Under the pieces are notes generated by a model. It was not told the DNA's origin. It ran no database searches and worked only from the letters and a program-made list of their open reading frames with translations. The position numbers and the translations under genes were made by a program. From an uncultured Candidatus Saccharibacteria bacterium (GTDB taxonomy: Bacteria > Patescibacteriota > Minisyncoccia > Phycocordibacterales > DAORIS01): DNA of 64,000 bases. Positions 20,647-29,690 of the stretch are shown here, in pieces. Each line of letters starts with the position of its first letter. The first letter of the stretch is position 1. The stretch is from the NCBI GenBank assembly GCA_964644035.1, contig CAZXUH010000001.1:131712-195711 (forward strand), given 5' to 3'.

Positions 20647-21672
20647 ATGAAAGTCAGTAATATAAAGGATAACAAGAAGGCTGGTCCTAAGAATATCTGG
20701 ATAGATCTCAAGAAAAAAGCCGATGCCGAACATCGACCTATTTGTGTACTTGCACCTATGGCAGACGTCACTGATGCAGCATTTAGAAAAGTTATCGCCA
20801 AATACGGCATGCCCGATGCTATGTGGACAGAATTTGTCTCTGCCGATGGTCTAGCGAGAGCAACCGGTATAGGTAAAGAAAAATTACTCAGACATTTGCT
20901 TTATAGTAAAAATGAGAAGCCAATCATTGCTCAATTTTTTACCTCTACTCCAGAATACATGAAGGCAGCGGCTGAACTTGCATACAAACTTGGCTTCGAT
21001 GGTATTGATATCAATATGGGTTGCCCAGACAGATCGGTTGAAAAGCAATGCGCCGGTGCAGCACTTATGAAAGATCCTAAAAATGCTCGAGCACTTATCC
21101 GTGCCGCCAAAGAGGGTGCGCATGGTCTACCGGTGTCAGTCAAAACAAGACTTGGTTTCAATAAAGATGAATTGGAAACGTGGCTGCCAGAACTTCTTGC
21201 AGAAAATCCAGCCGTGATCACTGTTCACGCTCGTACTCGCAAGGAACTATCTCTCGTACCTGCGCGATGGGAGAGAGTCAAAAGGGCCGTGGAGATACGC
21301 AATGAACTCAAAAGCGACACACTTATTTTTGGCAATGGAGATGTGTTGTCAGTAGAACATGCCCACAAACTGGCCAAAGAATCTGGTGCCGATGGTGTCA
21401 TGCTCGGCAGAGCAATTTTTGGTAATCCTTGGTTATTCGGTACACCAGCAACTTCGGTAGAAGAAAAACTCAAGGTAATGCTCGAACATACAAAACTTTT
21501 TGAAAAATTATTGGGTGATGTGAAGAATTTTGCAGTTATGCGCAAACACTACAAAGCCTATGTATCAGGATTTGAAGGCGCATCTGCTTTGCGAGTCAAA
21601 CTTATGGAAACTCAGAATGCAAAAGAGGTTGCTAAGGTAGTAAAGGATTATTTGGCGGGGAATGTAGTGTAG
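20647..21672 (+). CDS. tRNA-dihydrouridine synthase (Dus family)
   Basis: 341 aa. ICVLAPMADVTDAAFR plus a TIM-barrel FMN-site pattern of Dus enzymes. Confidence 0.8.
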   Translation: MKVSNIKDNKKAGPKNIWIDLKKKADAEHRPICVLAPMADVTDAAFRKVIAKYGMPDAMWTEFVSADGLARATGIGKEKLLRHLLYSKNEKPIIAQFFTSTPEYMKAAAELAYKLGFDGIDINMGCPDRSVEKQCAGAALMKDPKNARALIRAAKEGAHGLPVSVKTRLGFNKDELETWLPELLAENPAVITVHARTRKELSLVPARWERVKRAVEIRNELKSDTLIFGNGDVLSVEHAHKLAKESGADGVMLGRAIFGNPWLFGTPATSVEEKLKVMLEHTKLFEKLLGDVKNFAVMRKHYKAYVSGFEGASALRVKLMETQNAKEVAKVVKDYLAGNVV

Positions 21673-21675
21673 TAC

Positions 21676-21703
21676 TTGACGTAAAAACTAGGTATGATAT
21701 AAT
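21676..21703 (+). promoter_or_regulatory. Strong sigma70-like promoter (TTGACG, 16-nt spacer, TGaTATAAT) driving the downstream ncRNA
   Basis: Near-consensus -35 and extended -10 elements immediately after the dus stop. Predicted TSS at about 21710. Confidence 0.45.
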
Positions 21704-21709
21704 ATATCC

Positions 21710-22052
21710 ACAGTAATGATAGTGGCGCGTGCTGCTACAGGACTGATGGTTCTTTACACGGAGGTCATATGACCCGCAATTGTCACGGTCCGCCCGGTTG
21801 TGTCCTTCACAACACCTTCAAGATTTTGAGCTCATCCGGCGCCGACGGCGGCAGCACGACCTGATTCCAGGTTTGCGCGGTTCGTCCCCAACAGGGAAGG
21901 ATGGTGTTGACCCGCAATCCCAGCACGGTGTCCTCGGATGCTCTGGGACTGGTTAACCCGAATATAAACACACAATCTGACGGTCACTTTTGTGGCCGCT
22001 GGTGAATAAGTACCCCCTCGCTCGTATAGCCTACGAGTGAGGGATTTTTTTA
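21710..22052 (+). ncRNA. GC-rich structured ncRNA of unknown class (SRP RNA candidate), ending in an intrinsic terminator
   Basis: About 340 nt at about 55% GC in a ~40% GC genome. Long-range complementarities, e.g. CGTGCTGC (21728-35) pairs with GCAGCACG (21851-58). Repeated GACCCGCAAT motifs. The segment GCAATCCCAGCAC resembles an SRP Alu-domain loop. It ends with a 12-bp hairpin plus T-run at 22013-22052. The position just upstream of dnaX is the classic place for scr/ffs. Class was not verified. Confidence 0.45.
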
Positions 22053-22088
22053 TCTTAATAAGGGAGGAACTAGTGTATAATACCTCCC

Positions 22089-23126
22089 ATGGAACATACC
22101 TCGCTCTACCGCAAATACCGTCCACAAACGTTTAAAGATGTCATCGGTCAGGACAATATTACAAAACTCCTCGAGCAGTCGATAAAAAATGAAACCATCG
22201 CTCATGCATATATTTTTGCTGGTAGTCGTGGTACAGGTAAGACCTCTGTCGCTCGTATCTTTGCTAGAGAGCTTGGTGTCTCTGAAACCGATCTCTATGA
22301 AATAGATGCTGCTTCAAATACCAGTGTCGATGATGTGCGAACACTCAATGATTCGGTCTATGTCATGCCATTTGAATCGAAATACAAGATCTATTTGCTT
22401 GATGAAGCCCACATGCTTTCGAAATCAGCTTTTAATGCATTACTTAAGACAATAGAAGAACCACCAGCTCACGTTATTTTCATACTAGCAACAACTGAAA
22501 CAGAAAAACTCCCTGATACTATTATTTCTCGCTGTCAGCTTCTACAATTTAATAAACCAAATAAAGCTCATCTTATAAAAGCGATAAACAATGTCTGTGC
22601 AAAAGAAGGTGTAGAACTAGCCAAAGGTGTAGCAGAAGTCATTGCGCGTGTGGGCGATGGTTCATATCGTGATACGCTTGGTGCTTTGCAGAAAGTCGTC
22701 AGTGCATATCCAGAAGGCACTATCACACTTGCTCAGACAGAGGAGATTACAGGTGCGCCAAAAGCACAGCTGATTATTGAACTCATGCACGCTCTCGATC
22801 ACAAAGATTCTGAACGCGGACTCAAGACGCTCGCCGACGCTCGCGCTGCTCAGATTTCATTTAAACTCACCCTAGAGCTTCTTTTGGATAGAGTTAGAGC
22901 GGCGCTTTTGGTACGTACTGCACCTTCACTTGCCGATACCATGCTTACAGAACTCAGTGATGAAGAGGTAGTGGCTGTACAAGCTGTCGCTAAAAATAAA
23001 GAATCAGGAATCAATTCAAAGGCTCTCCTAGAACTCCTACGTGCCGAGCAGGCTATGCGTTTTGCCTCAGATGAAGCGATGCCAGTAGAACTGGTGTTTA
23101 TTGCACTTTCGGAGAAGGCTGTATAA
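22089..23126 (+). CDS. dnaX: DNA polymerase III subunit gamma/tau, short form (domains I-III only)
   Basis: 345 aa. AHAYIFAGSRGTGKTS Walker A, DEAHML Walker B, SRC motif. No tau C-terminal domains. Confidence 0.85.
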   Translation: MEHTSLYRKYRPQTFKDVIGQDNITKLLEQSIKNETIAHAYIFAGSRGTGKTSVARIFARELGVSETDLYEIDAASNTSVDDVRTLNDSVYVMPFESKYKIYLLDEAHMLSKSAFNALLKTIEEPPAHVIFILATTETEKLPDTIISRCQLLQFNKPNKAHLIKAINNVCAKEGVELAKGVAEVIARVGDGSYRDTLGALQKVVSAYPEGTITLAQTEEITGAPKAQLIIELMHALDHKDSERGLKTLADARAAQISFKLTLELLLDRVRAALLVRTAPSLADTMLTELSDEEVVAVQAVAKNKESGINSKALLELLRAEQAMRFASDEAMPVELVFIALSEKAV

Positions 23127-23245
23127 TTTTCCGTCTCCTAACACGACTTTTTAAAAATGTGTTTTTGAATGCTTAACACTTTGTTTTAATACTACAGACC
23201 CTATATCTGGTTTCACCCCCCCATTCTCGAATGTGTAATCGTTTT

Positions 23246-23953
23246 CTATTCTCTATATATATGTAGATTCGGACCACTGTCATCGACAGTGATATAGGTG
23301 AGAGGGGTTTGCGTCCAGGCACCACTATTGAGATAGGTAATTTCTTTGTCGGCATGCGCCACGGCTTTTACGACTGCAAAATGCGTGTGGCCGCAAATAA
23401 TAAAATCAACTTCTTTTTCTTTTGCATATTTGAGAGCACCGTCTATCACGACGTCAGATAGTTTGATCATTTTTCCATACAGTTTGCCAATCGTATTCAT
23501 GACCAATTTATTTTTTAGTCGCAGTGCTGTCAAAATAACATTCGCCAGGTCACCCATTTTGACGATAAATGAACCTTTTTGTATGTAATCGTCGAAACGA
23601 TCGCCGTGAATAGCGATATATTTTTTACCACTTTGATCCCAGCTATATTCTTCTGAAATAGGTATATTAGCTAAGTGGGGAAGTTGGTGCGGGAATTCTC
23701 TATCATGATTGCCTTTGAGCCAAAGTATTTCATCACCAGTCTTTTTTCTGTTTTCAAAATACGAAAGGAGCTCCCAATCGGCAGGTTTTAGTTTCTTTAT
23801 CTTTGCATGGTCAAAAAGGTCACCTAAAATGATCAGTCGTTCTCTGTCGACATGTTTGAGGAGATTGAGGACTTGCTTTGATGAAGAAGCGTGTGATCCC
23901 AAGTGAAGATCGGAAATGATCAGAGTATGCGTTTTTTCCGGCATAATGAGCAT
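23246..23953 (-). CDS. Calcineurin-like metallophosphoesterase (LpxH/YaeI-like)
   Basis: 235 aa. ISDLHLG...GDLFDH...GNHD...GHTH metal-ligand motifs. Confidence 0.75.
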   Translation of the reverse strand: MLIMPEKTHTLIISDLHLGSHASSSKQVLNLLKHVDRERLIILGDLFDHAKIKKLKPADWELLSYFENRKKTGDEILWLKGNHDREFPHQLPHLANIPISEEYSWDQSGKKYIAIHGDRFDDYIQKGSFIVKMGDLANVILTALRLKNKLVMNTIGKLYGKMIKLSDVVIDGALKYAKEKEVDFIICGHTHFAVVKAVAHADKEITYLNSGAWTQTPLTYITVDDSGPNLHIYRE

Positions 23954-24019
23954 GTTAGCACATTATATGGTCTTGTTTAGAGGCTGTTTGCGGGGTAATA
24001 TGCATTTGTCGATAAATAT

Positions 24020-24090
24020 TGCCAGATCGTCTAACGGTAGGACACCGCCCTTTGGAGGCGGGTATCTTGGTTCGATTCCAAGCCTGGCAG
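24020..24090 (+). tRNA. tRNA-Gln (anticodon TTG); U1:A72 pair, discriminator G, CCA not encoded
   Basis: Hand-folded: acceptor TGCCAGA/CCTGGCA (one 7:66 mismatch), D-stem GTCT/GGAC, anticodon stem CCGCC/GGCGG with loop CTTTGGA, T-arm CTTGG-TTCGATT-CCAAG. The U1:A72 pair is a known Gln identity feature. Confidence 0.6.
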
Positions 24091-24143
24091 CAGTTTTAAG
24101 GCAGAATTAGAATTTTGATAGGTATCTAGTTTATACTTTTATT

Positions 24144-24797
24144 ATGGTCAAGGACATCTTATATAAAGAAAAATTTGAACAATTGCAACACCAGTTGCTA
24201 GCATCCTACTCAACTTTCTATGTATGGAAATCACTCCAAAAAGAAGAATATAATGAATTTTATAAAATAAACAATGGTTTTTGGTCAGCAGTCATTCCAG
24301 CACTACAGCATGAATGGTTTATGGGACTTGCGCGTGTATTTGAGGATTCAGCTTATAGTAAAAAGAATAAGATAATCTCAGTACATTCTCTTATTCAAGA
24401 GCATCCAAATAAGCAAAGAGCAGAAGCCGCTCAAGAATTTCTTGATAAAAACCAAAAAGTTATTAAAAATATATCGCGAATTAGAGATCATCGGCATGCC
24501 CACAATAATGCAAAATTTTTAGTAAATCCAGAAGAATTTGAAAATATTTTTTCCATTCAATATTCTGAGATCGAACATATGTTCGACTTTAGTGGTAAGT
24601 TGCTTAGTCTGTTACATCCAGAAGACGGACATGGATACATGCTGGGTCATATGAAAGATGAAGCTGAGCTTCATACTAAAGATGTTATGGACGGTATTCG
24701 CTACTTTAACTTTAAAAGAAAAGAACACAGAGAAAGATATGTAAAAGAGGGTGGCGATTATCAGTTTCCTCCAACGGACCAAAGTAAGATTAAATAA
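24144..24797 (+). CDS. Hypothetical all-alpha protein, possible HEPN/Abi-like
   Basis: 217 aa. RIRDHRHAH segment (R-x4-H spacing). Sits directly downstream of the tRNA-Gln. Family not confirmed. Confidence 0.45.
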   Translation: MVKDILYKEKFEQLQHQLLASYSTFYVWKSLQKEEYNEFYKINNGFWSAVIPALQHEWFMGLARVFEDSAYSKKNKIISVHSLIQEHPNKQRAEAAQEFLDKNQKVIKNISRIRDHRHAHNNAKFLVNPEEFENIFSIQYSEIEHMFDFSGKLLSLLHPEDGHGYMLGHMKDEAELHTKDVMDGIRYFNFKRKEHRERYVKEGGDYQFPPTDQSKIK

Positions 24798-24834
24798 CAG
24801 AAATGTTGGTAATTTATTATGCTAAGCTTTAGCT

Positions 24835-25251
24835 ATGAAAAAAGCTTTATTGATTGGTGGAGGTGCTGTAGTAGCTACAGTTATAGCTTTATCAGGTGGT
24901 GATTCGTCAAAAATTCAAGAAATTCCTGTAGATGCTCCGATTGTCGAGCAAAAAACTGTCACTCACGAAAAGGTAAAAGCTATTACGGATACCCAAAAAA
25001 ATGTTCCAAAAGTTGAAACAAAGTTTGAAACCAAACAAGAACCGAAAGTTCAACCAGAAATCAAAACTGAAAAAACAGAATCAAATTGTAATCCAAACTA
25101 TTCTGGTTGTTTGAAAATCGGTGCTGGTGACTATGATTGCAAGACTGGGACAGGTAACGGACCTAATTACACTGGAATGGTGCGAGTTCTTGGACAAGAT
25201 GAATTTGATTTAGATGGCGATAAAGACGGAGTCGGTTGTGAACAACCTTAA
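24835..25251 (+). CDS. Secreted Excalibur (extracellular calcium-binding) domain protein
   Basis: 138 aa. Signal-peptide-like N-terminus. C-terminal DLDGDKDGVGCEQP matches the Excalibur DxDxDGxxCE motif. Confidence 0.6.
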   Translation: MKKALLIGGGAVVATVIALSGGDSSKIQEIPVDAPIVEQKTVTHEKVKAITDTQKNVPKVETKFETKQEPKVQPEIKTEKTESNCNPNYSGCLKIGAGDYDCKTGTGNGPNYTGMVRVLGQDEFDLDGDKDGVGCEQP

Positions 25252-25297
25252 AGATAATTTAACTGGATTTTTAATATCGATTTTGTATACTGCCGGT

Positions 25298-25663
25298 ATG
25301 AACTCAAGACCATCACCAGGGAATAAAGCCGCACTTATTGGTTTCCTTCTAATGCTCCCATTTTTCGCTCTCAACGCTATTGTGGTGAGCAAACTAGAGC
25401 CTTTTTATACACTTATTCGCCCAGGACTACATACAAGTCCGGCAGAATCAGTCTTACTCAATGCTGTGCTCATTCTCTTTCCAATAGCATTCTTTATTAC
25501 TCTCAGACCCATGCTCCGAAGAGGATACGATGGAAAATATCATTTTTATATTATCAATGCTCTTTTGGGCGCAGTGATACTTGCAGTTACAGTATTGATC
25601 TGGGGAGGATTAGCGCAAGATGTGATCTCGTGCGACATCTTGAAGATTCCAAACTGCGATTAG
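25298..25663 (+). CDS. Hypothetical membrane protein
   Basis: ORF 25214-25663. The internal Met MNSRPSPG avoids overlap with the previous gene. About 4 predicted TM helices. Confidence 0.4.
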   Translation: MNSRPSPGNKAALIGFLLMLPFFALNAIVVSKLEPFYTLIRPGLHTSPAESVLLNAVLILFPIAFFITLRPMLRRGYDGKYHFYIINALLGAVILAVTVLIWGGLAQDVISCDILKIPNCD

Positions 25664-25677
25664 TGTAATATATAGAT

Positions 25678-26115
25678 ATGAAAAACTTTTTAAAACTTAA
25701 GTTGTGGCCAGTAGTAGCAGGTTTGCTGACAGCGTGTATTGTAATGATGATATTTGAATTTGTTAATTCATTTTTCTTTCCATTACCAGAAGGTGTAGAC
25801 GTAACCGATCCTCTTGCTGTTCGAGCATTTACTGAAACACTTCCATGGACAGCATACATACTCGTCTTTGCTGGATGGGTGATCGGCGCATTCAAGGCAG
25901 GCTGCGTGACGACATATCTCGCTAAAGAAGAAAAGTACAAACTCTCTTTTGTTGTTGGTATCATTCTCACTATTATGGGCGTAGCGAACAACATCATTAT
26001 TGGCCACGATATGTTTTTCAATATCATTGGTCTACCAATGTTCATCATCTTTACATTCCTCGGTCACAAATATCTCTTGAAAGTCCACAAAGCAAGACTA
26101 AGTACTACTGTTTAG
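25678..26115 (+). CDS. Hypothetical membrane protein
   Basis: 145 aa with about 4 TM helices. No recognisable family. Confidence 0.45.
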   Translation: MKNFLKLKLWPVVAGLLTACIVMMIFEFVNSFFFPLPEGVDVTDPLAVRAFTETLPWTAYILVFAGWVIGAFKAGCVTTYLAKEEKYKLSFVVGIILTIMGVANNIIIGHDMFFNIIGLPMFIIFTFLGHKYLLKVHKARLSTTV

Positions 26116-26198
26116 TTCTGAAAGGGTTGATGGAGTATTAATTTGACCGTATATAAATTATGTGTTATTATTGTTATGTACCTTAACAAGGAGTTACA

Positions 26199-26585
26199 TT
26201 GGAAGACGGAACGCTCGATTTCATTTCTTACCTGAGAGACATTGGCCACAAAGGCGGCGTGAAGGATGTGATAGGTGCTGTCTTTTCCTTTTTTATGGAA
26301 GACAAGGAAGTGATTTTCATTGGAAAGATCACCGGCCTTCACTACGATCGTGCACGGCTCACGCTCGGCACTGATCTCCCCGAGTACTTAGATCCTGATT
26401 ACTTACGAATGGCGCCGAGCAAGATCAACATGCATCATCCCGAATGCTCGCGCCGGATTGTTCTTTTTGAAGTCACCCGGAACTCCGAATCCGGCATTTG
26501 GTCATGCGAAGCCCTTAATTATTACACCACGAAAGAAGGACGCACGTGGTGTGATAGTTTACAGGGTCAGCTGAAGTTCTTGTGA
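26199..26585 (+). CDS. Hypothetical protein in a GC-shifted segment
   Basis: 128 aa. Local GC is visibly higher than in flanking genes. Followed by a terminator. Confidence 0.4.
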   Translation: MEDGTLDFISYLRDIGHKGGVKDVIGAVFSFFMEDKEVIFIGKITGLHYDRARLTLGTDLPEYLDPDYLRMAPSKINMHHPECSRRIVLFEVTRNSESGIWSCEALNYYTTKEGRTWCDSLQGQLKFL

Positions 26586-26603
26586 TAGGGTAAATTTTAC
26601 AAA

Positions 26604-26634
26604 GACTTGTGTCTAGCAAACACAAGTTTTTTTA
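26604..26634 (+). terminator. Rho-independent terminator
   Basis: cttgtgt-ctagcaa-acacaag followed by ttttttt. Confidence 0.65.
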
Positions 26635-26685
26635 TTTATAACCTTTACAATCCATGCTATTATTTCTCCAGAACAGGAGGCCTCA

Positions 26686-26879
26686 TGGGCAAAATTATAA
26701 AGCCACGGATACTCAAAGTTGAGGAAACGTACATTGGCAAATTGCTTCAAGATCCGGCAGAGCGACGCAGGCACGACAACGTTGTCAACGCTCTTCGGAA
26801 TGCTGCTCGACCGGATATCGAAGCAATACGGCGCTCAGAGCGTCTGACATCTGACGATTATCGTCAGATGGTATACTGA
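26686..26879 (+). CDS. Small hypothetical protein
   Basis: ORF 26607-26879, but its 5' part overlaps the terminator hairpin. The internal Met MGKIIKPRILK gives 64 aa. GC-shifted. Confidence 0.3.
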
Positions 26880-26929
26880 TTACAAACAATCGCTGGACCT
26901 AGGAGGACCCGGCGATTTTATTTAAATAT

Positions 26930-27364
26930 ATGAATGATACAGAAATAAAAGATAAAATATTCAAATTTCTACAGGCACATATGCTGATGGTGATTTCGAC
27001 TGTAGATACAGGAGGAGAAAAGACTGAGAGCGCAGTGGTAGGATTTGCAGAACATGAAAATCTACAGCTTATTTTTGGCACATCAAAACTTACCCGAAAG
27101 TATAGAAATCTTCAGAAAAATCAAAATGCTTCTTTCGTGATCGGTTGGACCGGCAATATTGGCACTGTGCAGTACGAAGGTGTTGTAAAAGAACTTTCGC
27201 AAGAAGATTCAAAGCAGTATTCAGAAATGATGATTAAAAAGAATCCTTTTTCAAAAAAGTTCGCCGAAGATCCAAATCATAGATATTTTATTGTTATTCC
27301 AAAATGGATACGTATTACGGATATGAGTGTGCAGCCTATGAAAATCGATGAGATAAGTCTTTAA
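26930..27364 (+). CDS. Pyridoxamine 5'-phosphate oxidase-like FMN-binding split-barrel protein
   Basis: 144 aa. Pattern resembles the PNPOx-like/general stress protein 26 fold (inference from motif spacing only). Confidence 0.45.
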   Translation: MNDTEIKDKIFKFLQAHMLMVISTVDTGGEKTESAVVGFAEHENLQLIFGTSKLTRKYRNLQKNQNASFVIGWTGNIGTVQYEGVVKELSQEDSKQYSEMMIKKNPFSKKFAEDPNHRYFIVIPKWIRITDMSVQPMKIDEISL

Positions 27365-27456
27365 AAGTAATGCAGTAGAGATTGGGTTGTATTTTTATGT
27401 AATTTCACGTAGTATCTCTTGAAGTTGTTAATTTAATCCTTTGAAAGGAGCCTGTA

Positions 27457-27732
27457 ATGACAGTTACAACGGAAATTGAGAAAGCGATGTATGCTCTTGT
27501 AGCTCAAGCTCAAAAAACCCGAAAAACTCTACAACAACAAGAAAGTAGAGCATTGCCTTCCTATGATGTTCTAATGGGAAATGTCTCTGAATTATTGCGA
27601 CAGATCAAGCTGAGCCTAGAGGAAGAGGTGGTGTCATTAAGAAAAACAGAACGGAATATTCAAGAACATATTGAAATTGCCCAATATCAAGCCCGATCAA
27701 TTGATAAAAAACTGCAAGAATTACGATTGTAA
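27457..27732 (+). CDS. Hypothetical coiled-coil protein
   Basis: 91 aa with a good RBS (gaaaggag, 7 nt, ATG). Followed by a terminator (27757-27784: cccgtcac...gtgtcggg plus T-run). Confidence 0.4.
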   Translation: MTVTTEIEKAMYALVAQAQKTRKTLQQQESRALPSYDVLMGNVSELLRQIKLSLEEEVVSLRKTERNIQEHIEIAQYQARSIDKKLQELRL

Positions 27733-27817
27733 CCTGGTTTCTTTAGTCAATACTTTCCCGTCACATCCGTGTCGGGTTTTTTTTATTTAAACAAATGGTT
27801 TTTGATATACTACTTAT

Positions 27818-28348
27818 ATGCTTAAAATAATTGTGTTGACACTAGTAGCGTTTGCAGTGTGTATAGGTGGTTTTTATGCTTTAAATTCATATATTTATAT
27901 AGAAAAGCAGGCTGAGACTCCTACAGATATTGAGACTAGTGAAAACGTTCCAGAAGATATAGAAGAGGGTGTGGTGGCAGAAGATTTTGAAGGCGAGGCT
28001 GATCCTTCCGTAATGACGTTGCCTATGAATACCTGGGTCTGGATATCAGCACTCTACAATGACGAACGAGAGATAAAACCAACCAAGAAAGATGCATTCA
28101 CCTTGAAATTTGGCAGTGATGGCAGGTTTAATGCCACAACAGACTGCAATGCTATTGCTGGAAAATATACGACTAAAAATGAAATGATTTCCTTTACAGA
28201 CATGATAAGTACCAAAATGTTTTGTGAAGGATCGCAGGAGACGGTATTTGCCGAGCTTTTGACCAATACAAGCAGTTATCACTTTACTTCTAGGGGTGAA
28301 TTGATTCTAGATTTGAAGTTTGATAGTGGTTCAGTAGTATTTAGATAA
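27818..28348 (+). CDS. Secreted META/HslJ-like (DUF306) domain protein
   Basis: 176 aa. N-terminal signal/TM. C-terminal TTDCNAIAGKYT...MISTKMFCEG...ELILDL fits the META domain pattern. Confidence 0.55.
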   Translation: MLKIIVLTLVAFAVCIGGFYALNSYIYIEKQAETPTDIETSENVPEDIEEGVVAEDFEGEADPSVMTLPMNTWVWISALYNDEREIKPTKKDAFTLKFGSDGRFNATTDCNAIAGKYTTKNEMISFTDMISTKMFCEGSQETVFAELLTNTSSYHFTSRGELILDLKFDSGSVVFR

Positions 28349-28362
28349 TAATTTTAAATAAA

Positions 28363-28602
28363 ATGAAAAGCCAAAGTTGTGAGAGTTGTATGATGCCTTT
28401 TTATAAGGATAAAGGCCAGAGAGAATCTGATAAATACTGCAGTCTATGCTTTCAAAATGGTAAATTTCGATACGAAGGCACTGACGTCAAGGAATTCCAA
28501 AAGTTGTGCTATGAAAACATGGTAAAGAGCGGTATGAACAGATTTAAGGCAAAAATCTTCTCCTATATGATCAAGTTTGCCCCTCGATGGAAGAAGAGTT
28601 AG
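28363..28602 (+). CDS. Small zinc-ribbon protein
   Basis: 79 aa. CESC...16...CSLC spacing. Confidence 0.4.
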   Translation: MKSQSCESCMMPFYKDKGQRESDKYCSLCFQNGKFRYEGTDVKEFQKLCYENMVKSGMNRFKAKIFSYMIKFAPRWKKS

Positions 28603-28633
28603 TATTGGCGCAGAACACAAACAAGGAGGCTAT

Positions 28634-28888
28634 ATGCCCAGAACAGTTCTAAAGAAAAGTAAACGTACTCTGACTTTAGGGGAAATGTCCACAAAGCAGA
28701 AGGAAAAATGGCTCAGTGAGAACAGAAGAGATTCAGGGATACTTTTTGCTAGCAGGGCTAAGGAGTATATAGACGAACCGGAAAAGCAATCGATGACACC
28801 CCTGGAATTCTTCGAATTCGTCCTTGGTGTCCTGGTCGAAGAATCAGAGAATGCAGCAAAGGCGTTTGCTACAGAAAGGGATTATTAG
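28634..28888 (+). CDS. Small hypothetical protein
   Basis: ORF 28577-28888. The internal Met MPRTVLKK is preceded by aaggagg. Confidence 0.3.
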   Translation: MPRTVLKKSKRTLTLGEMSTKQKEKWLSENRRDSGILFASRAKEYIDEPEKQSMTPLEFFEFVLGVLVEESENAAKAFATERDY

Positions 28889-28947
28889 TCTGGTACCTTG
28901 GTCTAAGCAGCCACCTATATGGATGCTTTTTTTATTTATATTTTAAA

Positions 28948-29565
28948 TTGATATACTCTACCAATATGACCGATCCTTCATTTGACCAGATACTGAAATT
29001 TGTCGATCTAATGCAGCAATTTAGGACTGTAGAGAGGAGAGTTTTAATAAAAAACAGTGAAAGAAGTGAAAATGATGTAGAGCACTCATTTTCTCTAGCA
29101 ATGCTCGCTTGGTATATCAATAATACATATAAACTTGGTCTTAATAGCGACAAATTATTCAAATACGCTCTAGCACATGATTTGGTAGAGATTTATGCCG
29201 GAGATACGTTCTTTTATCAAAAAGACGAGCAGGTGTTGGTCGATAAGCAGCAAAAAGAAGAAGAGGCTGCACATAGGATTAGAGGCGAATATCCTGAATT
29301 TAATGAGCTTCATGAAATAATTGAACAATATGAAAAAAGAGGTGATGAAGAGGCTAAATTTATATATGCATTGGACAAAGTAGAGCCGGTTTTGAGTATT
29401 TATCAAGACAAAGGAAGGACATGGAGGAAAGACGGTGTAACGCTAGATATGCTCAAAACAATGAAGCTTACAAAAGTGGCGATCAATCCAACGATTGAAA
29501 AAATATTTAAGGAATTAGTCCGAAGGCTCACTGAGGAGCATGATAGTTTGTTCCACAAAAAATAA
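28948..29565 (+). CDS. HD-domain phosphohydrolase (YfbR-like 5'-deoxynucleotidase family)
   Basis: 205 aa. HSFSLAML...HDLVEIYAGDT metal-binding H...HD...D pattern. Confidence 0.7.
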   Translation: MIYSTNMTDPSFDQILKFVDLMQQFRTVERRVLIKNSERSENDVEHSFSLAMLAWYINNTYKLGLNSDKLFKYALAHDLVEIYAGDTFFYQKDEQVLVDKQQKEEEAAHRIRGEYPEFNELHEIIEQYEKRGDEEAKFIYALDKVEPVLSIYQDKGRTWRKDGVTLDMLKTMKLTKVAINPTIEKIFKELVRRLTEEHDSLFHKK

Positions 29566-29650
29566 AGGAAATAGACAACAGAAATCTTTTTGCTACTATA
29601 TACCGAGCTAGTCCTCCCTGTGGGCCCTCCGCCATGAGTCCCACGGAACG

Positions 29651-29690
29651 CCTGCATGTCCGAAGCAATCGAGACATGCAGGTTTTTTAT
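29651..29690 (+). terminator. Strong rho-independent terminator
   Basis: Perfect 10-bp stem cctgcatgtc/gacatgcagg, a 12-nt loop and a 7-T run. Confidence 0.75.

Noticed and set aside
21710-22052. tmRNA or RNase P RNA identity for the GC-rich ncRNA
   Set aside because: There is no GGGG...CCA tRNA-like ends or resume-codon/tag ORF for tmRNA. There is no GGAAAGUCCGGGCUCC / ACAGAA(C)CCGGCUUA P4 motifs for RNase P.
21832-22125. 97-aa minus-strand ORF across the ncRNA and dnaX start
   Set aside because: The region shows RNA-like GC richness, stems and a plus-strand promoter and terminator. The ORF would run antisense through the dnaX start.
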